Virus record (IMG/VR): IMGVR_UViG_3300011116_000920
Location: 4,368 to 68,367 of that record
Origin: a virus
DNA length: 64,000 nucleotides
Reading direction: 5' to 3' (one strand)
Made by a program: the position numbers and the translations under genes
Shown here: piece by piece, positions 58,094 to 64,000 of the stretch
Numbering within the stretch: position 1 is the first letter of the stretch
Layout of the letters: every line of letters starts with the position of its first letter
Notes under the pieces: model-generated
What the model saw: the letters and a program-made list of their open reading frames with translations, nothing else
The model's database searches: none
What the model was told of the DNA's origin: nothing

Positions 58094-58759
58094 CTATTTG
58101 TCATATTTCTCGAAGTATATTTTTGTGTCATTATCTATTATGCTATTAAATGTTTGTGATGATAATGTCTGTGAGAATGGAGATGCTTTTATGTTTTTGA
58201 ATGTGTAGACTTTTCCTCCATTGCTTAGTACATGTTTTGTTAAGTAATCATCTCCGAACCATATTTTTAATTCATTTGGGATGTCTGTCCATGTGTATCT
58301 ATGTAATATGAAGAAGCATCCCCACCCCGTTCCTCTGCCTTCATTGTCTGTTAAGTATATTTTATTGGATGTTGGTTCTTCTATGTAACATGATGTTGAT
58401 ATGCCATAGATACTAGTATAGATGTCTTTATTATCTTGATGTGTTTTTATTATGTTCTTTAATGTTTTTTTAGATGTTATATGGAAGTCATCATTTACTA
58501 TCATTAAGTGTTTCCCGTGAGATTCTAATGCGCCTAAGTTCCATGCCGGGTTTACATATATGTTTTCTTCTTGTGGATAATATTTTATTTTAGGAGTTAG
58601 ATTTAATATATTTTGTTTTATTGTTTGTTTGAATGTTATGTCATTGTCTATTAATATGATTTCTTTTATTTGAGGTTCCCCGCCGAAAATTTGGAGGGTC
58701 TTATAAAATTCTTCTAAGTTACATCTCCATAAGGTAGGAATGATTACACTATAAGTCAT
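58094..58759 (-). CDS. GT2-type glycosyltransferase
   Basis: SVIIPT, EIILIDN, VNPAWNLG, NDD, GWGC, W.GDD. Confidence 0.85.
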   Translation of the reverse strand: MTYSVIIPTLWRCNLEEFYKTLQIFGGEPQIKEIILIDNDITFKQTIKQNILNLTPKIKYYPQEENIYVNPAWNLGALESHGKHLMIVNDDFHITSKKTLKNIIKTHQDNKDIYTSIYGISTSCYIEEPTSNKIYLTDNEGRGTGWGCFFILHRYTWTDIPNELKIWFGDDYLTKHVLSNGGKVYTFKNIKASPFSQTLSSQTFNSIIDNDTKIYFEKYDK

Positions 58760-60581
58760 CGTATATATAATTTACATGATTTTCATCTTTTTCAAATCTA
58801 CTTTCTACATTTAAGGGATTGTCTTTATTCTCCTTATATGCATAATCAATAACTCCTAATTCTTTAAATCTTTCATTTATTGCATCATTATAGAAATACA
58901 TGATTGATCTAACTCTTCTCTGGATATCTGCTCTAGATAAGTCATGTGTATTTCTTCCATTTGAATTATTGTATATGTATTGAAGATATCCTAATTTTGG
59001 TACTTTTACAAATTTAGTTTTTAGGAATGTTCTAACAATGAGTTCATAATCATCTGCAATGGATAGATTTCTATTATGTCCTCCCACCGAAAAATATACG
59101 TCTCTTCTCCATGCTCTTATATGATTTGGCACTCCTACGATATGTCTGATTGTTTTTGGATTAATATTTGGTGAATCTACAACATCCCAAGTTTTTTCAT
59201 AATGATATTCTTTTCTATACTTTCCATACCCAAAACAAAAGCCATCCGGATAAGTCATAGAATTATTCCATTCATCTAACTCAACACTATCTGTATATAT
59301 GAATCCCGCATCTGGAAATTTATTGGATGCTCCTATTATATATCTAGCACAATGAGGCATTAAATAATCATCATGGTCTAACTCTGCTAACCATTTTCCT
59401 TTGGTGAGAGTTGCTGCCCGATATTTAGATTCTCCTATAATTCCTCCTGACTTTTCCCTGAAATCATATACGATAACTCTAGGATCTTGTGATGCTATCT
59501 CCAAAGCAATCTTTAATGTTTTGCCTCCATCAGAAGAATCATTTACTATAACCCACTCCCAATCCGGATAAGTTTGATTTCTAACCGATTCATAAGTTCT
59601 CCAAAGTTTTTCTTTTGTATTGTAAATTGGTGTGAAGAAAGATACCACAGAATCGTAGTCAGATTTAAGTATGCTATTCATTGCACAATTATAAGCTATC
59701 TCTCCTGTATTAATATTAGGACTATCTAAATTAATCCATTTATTTCGTACATAAGAAGGTTGGTTACATAGGTTCCTATATTCTTCAAAGTAATCCTGGG
59801 AAATACTTATAATAGAATCCGGTTTAAAAGCAGCTAATGTATTATTTATTTTTTCATCATTCTCAATATACTTTACATTTAGAGAATCTTCTTCATAATC
59901 TGCATACTTTATACTTTTTAATTTCGGTTTGTCAGGCCCTAAATATAATACTTTAGGAACTCTAGGTTTTGATTCTACAGCTAAGGCATTGTAATAACAT
60001 AATGGTTTTCCAATGAATCCGAATTCATCAGAATGTTCTGCGTATAATTTTTCTATGAATTTACCGTCAGCGTCGTAGCCAGGTTCATATCTTAATCGTT
60101 TATGTAAAGAGGTGTGTATTATATATTGAGCAGAATCAATGTGTTTTAACTTCATGTGCTCCGGTCCAACTTTCCTTATGTCTAAACCGGTAAAATCCCT
60201 GCCATTAACTTCCTGTTCATATACATAAGCAGATTTAGAATTAGATTTTATTTCATCATTAAGGACATCAAAATAATTAGGATAGCATATATTATCATCA
60301 TCCATAATTACAACCCATCCACTATTGATACTACTAACAACATCGCTTATTTGAGGATATAAATAATCTGTACCATCACTTTCCACAAAATGTAAGTGAG
60401 CGTCTAACTTACTTAAATCTAAAAGCAATTTGGAATTAATATCAATCAAAGATGAAGTGTCGAATAAAACATGCCAATTTATACAATATTTATCATTTTC
60501 TATATAATTAAAACTATCGTAAATTCGTAAAAGATTTTGAGGTCTTGTACATCTAGTTATAACATGAAATTCAATCTTCAT
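58749..60581 (-). CDS. two-domain GT2-type glycosyltransferase
   Basis: MDDDN in domain 1; TPIYN, SV.NQT..DWEW..VND, ELDHDD, ADDYEL in domain 2. Confidence 0.88.
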   Translation of the reverse strand: MKIEFHVITRCTRPQNLLRIYDSFNYIENDKYCINWHVLFDTSSLIDINSKLLLDLSKLDAHLHFVESDGTDYLYPQISDVVSSINSGWVVIMDDDNICYPNYFDVLNDEIKSNSKSAYVYEQEVNGRDFTGLDIRKVGPEHMKLKHIDSAQYIIHTSLHKRLRYEPGYDADGKFIEKLYAEHSDEFGFIGKPLCYYNALAVESKPRVPKVLYLGPDKPKLKSIKYADYEEDSLNVKYIENDEKINNTLAAFKPDSIISISQDYFEEYRNLCNQPSYVRNKWINLDSPNINTGEIAYNCAMNSILKSDYDSVVSFFTPIYNTKEKLWRTYESVRNQTYPDWEWVIVNDSSDGGKTLKIALEIASQDPRVIVYDFREKSGGIIGESKYRAATLTKGKWLAELDHDDYLMPHCARYIIGASNKFPDAGFIYTDSVELDEWNNSMTYPDGFCFGYGKYRKEYHYEKTWDVVDSPNINPKTIRHIVGVPNHIRAWRRDVYFSVGGHNRNLSIADDYELIVRTFLKTKFVKVPKLGYLQYIYNNSNGRNTHDLSRADIQRRVRSIMYFYNDAINERFKELGVIDYAYKENKDNPLNVESRFEKDENHVNYIYDDL

Positions 60582-61507
60582 ATATCAAAAAAGAATAAGT
60601 GAAAAAATCTACTATTTTCCTTAGTGTCACCAAAGTAATTTACGGCGGCATGTATATTTTTAGCATCGAATAAAACTAATCTATTATATACATTTGCAAT
60701 ATTATCTACGAGTTCAAAAGATGTCTTATCGTAAAAATTTAATTCACTACTTCTTCCTTTGAATGCTTTCTCATATTCTGCTCCCTGAGCTTCATTAAAC
60801 TTCGTTTTGTTCGTGTGAATACTCTTGTAAGTCGCTGTACCACTCTGCAAAGGTGCATCCGGGGTCAAGTAAACCATGGCAGCATACTTTTGAGAATCCA
60901 CATGATAGACAATTGGATCTGTCGAAGTACAATATTGAAATCTTCCATTAGCATACTCCGGGTGGTTCCAATTATAAATAGGTCTTCCTAATATTTCCTC
61001 AAATCTTTCTAGGGTTCCATTTAATATAAATGAGGTATCGCTCCGTTTTCCTTTATGATAATCAGATTCCGAGTACCTTAGATTATGAATTGCATAGCTT
61101 CTGACTAAGTCCGGTTGCATATAAAAATTATCTACAACAACAATGTCTTTAGAAGCGTATGGATTAAAACCGGAATTAAAAACAAGCCAGGAATCTAAAG
61201 TACCTATATTTGAAATTTGAACTTCGTTATCCAAAAAAATATCTATAGGAGCATTTACATTGGAGGATTTAACCATAAAAGTCCAACCCACCAGATCATT
61301 AGGTAAATTCGGGTAAACATCCTTGACATCTTTTCTAGGGTACAATCCATTTTGGAGATTCGCATACTCTACGTCTCCTATAATTATTTTTTTAATGCTT
61401 CCCTCTGTGCTAAAAATCCAACCACTTACTTCATATAAATCGTTATCAAGTAATCGCATACTATCTATATGCCAAAAAACATTATCAAAATTACTTTTAT
61501 GTGTCAT
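60578..61507 (-). CDS. DUF6445-like 2OG-Fe(II) oxygenase domain protein
   Basis: VVDNFY..P..VR, YHVD, YLTP.AP..SGT, NVYNRLVLF....H. Confidence 0.75.
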   Translation of the reverse strand: MTHKSNFDNVFWHIDSMRLLDNDLYEVSGWIFSTEGSIKKIIIGDVEYANLQNGLYPRKDVKDVYPNLPNDLVGWTFMVKSSNVNAPIDIFLDNEVQISNIGTLDSWLVFNSGFNPYASKDIVVVDNFYMQPDLVRSYAIHNLRYSESDYHKGKRSDTSFILNGTLERFEEILGRPIYNWNHPEYANGRFQYCTSTDPIVYHVDSQKYAAMVYLTPDAPLQSGTATYKSIHTNKTKFNEAQGAEYEKAFKGRSSELNFYDKTSFELVDNIANVYNRLVLFDAKNIHAAVNYFGDTKENSRFFHLFFFDI

Positions 61508-61511
61508 AGCT

Positions 61512-62429
61512 TTATAATTTACTTTCGTATTCCTGTTCGTGTCTTTCTAAATCCATAAAGTTTTTAGAATGGTCACATACTTCACAGAACTTTTTTGCGG
61601 GGAAGAAGTATCCATATTTACATCCTGCTTTACCAACATCTAAATACTTTTTACATGTCATATCTTTCTCAATCAATTTATCATACTCTTTATAATAATG
61701 CCATGCTTCACAATGTACCATATTGCCAAATGCTAGATAACATGATTCTATTTCATATCCTTTTGATTCTGCCTGTATCTCCGCTTGTCCCCACATTGGT
61801 TTACCTTTAATTTCATTAGGTAATCCATTTTCATCATAGAATTCATTTAATGGTAATATGTTCTTATCATAAAAGTCCTTGTTTCTTCTTATGTATGGAT
61901 TGTTGGTATATTCTTTCTTATGTAAATGGATGTATTTGTTTTTTAATCTCCCCACCTTTTTTATATTCTGCTCTCTTATCCAATACCCATATCCATACTG
62001 CCTGTCATCTAAATCACTTATGTATCTCCTTAGTAACACTTGACTGATGTTTTTGTTTTCATCCAAGTAGTTTAGGCAGTCTCGTAACCAATCTTCGTGG
62101 CCAGAAATATCGTGGGGTAAACAAATCCAATCTCCTTCCAAAAATAAAACATACTCATACTCTCTAACCAATGAATTCAGATAATTGATGCCAACACCTA
62201 CTCCCATATTATCAGGAGAAGATGTATAATAAAAGTTAATCTTATCCCAATATCTACTAGACATCTCTTTAATGACAACATCTATTAAATCATACTGACC
62301 ATTACAATGAATGTACCAATCAATCATGCCATCAAAGTCTGTATTATCTACAAAACTTTCTATAGTCTTTCTTAAATATACATCTCTATCATCATGTCTA
62401 TGAGTCAATGTAGCTATACAAAACTTCAT
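61512..62429 (-). CDS. GT2-like glycosyltransferase
   Basis: LRKTIESF, N.GVG.G.N, FLEGDW. Confidence 0.7.
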   Translation of the reverse strand: MKFCIATLTHRHDDRDVYLRKTIESFVDNTDFDGMIDWYIHCNGQYDLIDVVIKEMSSRYWDKINFYYTSSPDNMGVGVGINYLNSLVREYEYVLFLEGDWICLPHDISGHEDWLRDCLNYLDENKNISQVLLRRYISDLDDRQYGYGYWIREQNIKKVGRLKNKYIHLHKKEYTNNPYIRRNKDFYDKNILPLNEFYDENGLPNEIKGKPMWGQAEIQAESKGYEIESCYLAFGNMVHCEAWHYYKEYDKLIEKDMTCKKYLDVGKAGCKYGYFFPAKKFCEVCDHSKNFMDLERHEQEYESKL

Positions 62430-63305
62430 TTATATATTATTTACTATATAATTAATATCAAACATCTCATCCAATGTGCTATACGGACATTCATGCACAT
62501 TATAATCAAATTGGTAATCGAACAAGTAAGAACCAATTAATTGATTTATGTTCTTAGGTTTATTTGCAACAATGTTATGATGTAATATATAGCCAAAAAC
62601 TTGGGGAGATGTACCAACCCAAAAAACCGTTGACTTTAGATTGATAGCCACTGCTGCATGTTGTAATGCTGAATCAATTAGAAATCTTTTATTGGACACT
62701 GTCAATATACTAAATAATTCCATGTTAGATAATTTAGTATCCAATCTTTCTACATTGTCTAACGTGTATCCACCTTTTCTTGTTATATGATATATGTGAT
62801 GAGTATTCTTGTATTTGTCTATAATTAATTGTGCTATATCTTGTGGCATATCTCTACACCATGCATATATATTGTTTGATTCTAGTTCACCACCCGATGT
62901 TTGTAATACTATAACAGGTTTATCTCTGAACCACTTCTTCGCATTAATCTTCTCTGAATAATTTGGATATAATTGAGGAGTTTGATTACTATATTCTATA
63001 CCTAACAAATCACACCAATTACTTATTAGATGTTTATTCTTGTGTATATGACCTGTCTGATGATAAGGCTCGTGCCTAAAAACAAGTGTATCCTTATTTT
63101 CGATAAAGTCTTCGTAGAAATACGGAGAATTACCTAGTGGATAAACTCTGTCAACATAAGGGTTATTCAAAAAAACTTCGGGGTATGACACAACCATTAT
63201 AAGTTTTCTATCACTATAAGTTTCTTTTATTTTTTTGGGTAATGATGTGGCTGCAACATTCTTTCCTAGTCCGCCTTGTATGTGCCAAACAACATATTTA
63301 TTCAT
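62430..63305 (-). CDS. GT9-like glycosyltransferase
   Basis: GGLG, VFLNNPYV, IDSALQHAA.A...STVFW..TSP..FGY..H.N. Confidence 0.75.
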   Translation of the reverse strand: MNKYVVWHIQGGLGKNVAATSLPKKIKETYSDRKLIMVVSYPEVFLNNPYVDRVYPLGNSPYFYEDFIENKDTLVFRHEPYHQTGHIHKNKHLISNWCDLLGIEYSNQTPQLYPNYSEKINAKKWFRDKPVIVLQTSGGELESNNIYAWCRDMPQDIAQLIIDKYKNTHHIYHITRKGGYTLDNVERLDTKLSNMELFSILTVSNKRFLIDSALQHAAVAINLKSTVFWVGTSPQVFGYILHHNIVANKPKNINQLIGSYLFDYQFDYNVHECPYSTLDEMFDINYIVNNI

Positions 63306-63324
63306 AGTATAACTTTTATTTTTT

Positions 63325-64000
63325 TTATAGTTGAATATCTACTATAGTGATTGATTTATTGTATTCTTCTGTGGAAGATACAGGTGAACCCCCTGTTACA
63401 AGTCCTTCATTTTGTGTTCCTGCTCCTGCTAAACCACTTCTTGCTGTTATCAATACACCCCCTGCTGACCAAGAAATTCCATTGTATTCTTCAGTGCAAG
63501 AAAGACCAACATTTGCACTTATACAACCTCCCGCTGCGAGTCCTACATTTTGTGTTCCTGCTCCTGATAGACCGCTTCTTCCTGTTATCAAAGCACCGCT
63601 TGTTGACCAAGATGTGCCATTGTATTCTTCAGTGCAAGATAATCCTGCTATACCTCCAAAAGCAAGTCCTACATTTTGTGTTCCTGCACCTGCTAAACAA
63701 TATCTTGCTGTTATCAATGCACCACCTGCTGACCAAGATGTACCGTTGTATTCTTCGGTGCAAGAGGCAGCTGCATTTGTAATCCCTCCTACCGCAAGTC
63801 CTACATTTTGTGTTCCTGCTCCTGCTAGATTGCGGCTTGCATTTATCAATGCCCCACCTGCTGACCAAGTTGTTCCATTGTATTCTTCAGTGCAAGAGAC
63901 ATTTACATATTGAGAATCAATATTAGCTAACCCTCCCATAGTTAGTCCTTCATTTTGTGTTCCTGCTCCTGCTAAACCATATCTTGCTGTTGCCAATGCA
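63325..64000 (-). CDS. Kelch-like beta-propeller protein (partial), paralog of 54341-55330
   Basis: Same repeat unit; runs off the window end. Confidence 0.8.
   Translation of the reverse strand, partial: ALATARYGLAGAGTQNEGLTMGGLANIDSQYVNVSCTEEYNGTTWSAGGALINASRNLAGAGTQNVGLAVGGITNAAASCTEEYNGTSWSAGGALITARYCLAGAGTQNVGLAFGGIAGLSCTEEYNGTSWSTSGALITGRSGLSGAGTQNVGLAAGGCISANVGLSCTEEYNGISWSAGGVLITARSGLAGAGTQNEGLVTGGSPVSSTEEYNKSITIVDIQL

Noticed and set aside
54327-63913. Plus-strand and alternative-frame ORFs over the Kelch and collagen genes
   Set aside because: Shadow ORFs produced by repetitive coding sequence on the minus strand.
54341-64000. Diversity-generating retroelement
   Set aside because: No reverse transcriptase and no adenine-specific TR/VR pair seen.
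1-64000. Stop-codon reassignment
   Set aside because: Conserved enzymes are full length under the standard code, and no clear suppressor tRNA was found.

Overview
AT-rich segment of a large tailed dsDNA phage. The host is probably Bacteroidota, inferred from dozens of TTG-N~19-TAnnTTTG promoters and A-rich, Shine-Dalgarno-less start regions. 1-7465: HNH nuclease, ClpS-like protein, 2OG-Fe(II) oxygenase, subtilisin, GH73-like hydrolase, MazG-like protein and a tRNA-CAT. 7466-10050: strand switch with ~11-bp-periodic low-complexity tracts (candidate origin or terminus). ~8300-30800: early/host-takeover region built as promoter-gene(s)-terminator cassettes separated by 15 copies of a conserved imperfect DNA hairpin. 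It also carries hairpin-embedded promoters, TTAAC-N6-TTAAC boxes and a conserved (A/C)ACCACTT(T)AAA motif before ~35 start codons. The best candidate for a new system is two non-coding, terminator-ended segments carrying the exact antisense of that motif (GTTTAAGTGGT); one is the 3' trailer of an anticodon-less tRNA mimic, suggesting a tRNA-processed sRNA circuit acting on many early mRNAs. 31-48 kb: nucleotide, RNA and sugar metabolism (epimerase, SSB-like, DEDD exonuclease, HD, metallophosphoesterase, RNA ligase, PAP2, ThyX). 48.7-64 kb (mostly minus strand): Dps-like, ParB-like, sulfotransferase, endolysin, collagen-like tail fibres, Kelch-like proteins and glycosyltransferases. All calls come from visual motif recognition; no searches were run, and coordinates of non-coding elements are approximate.
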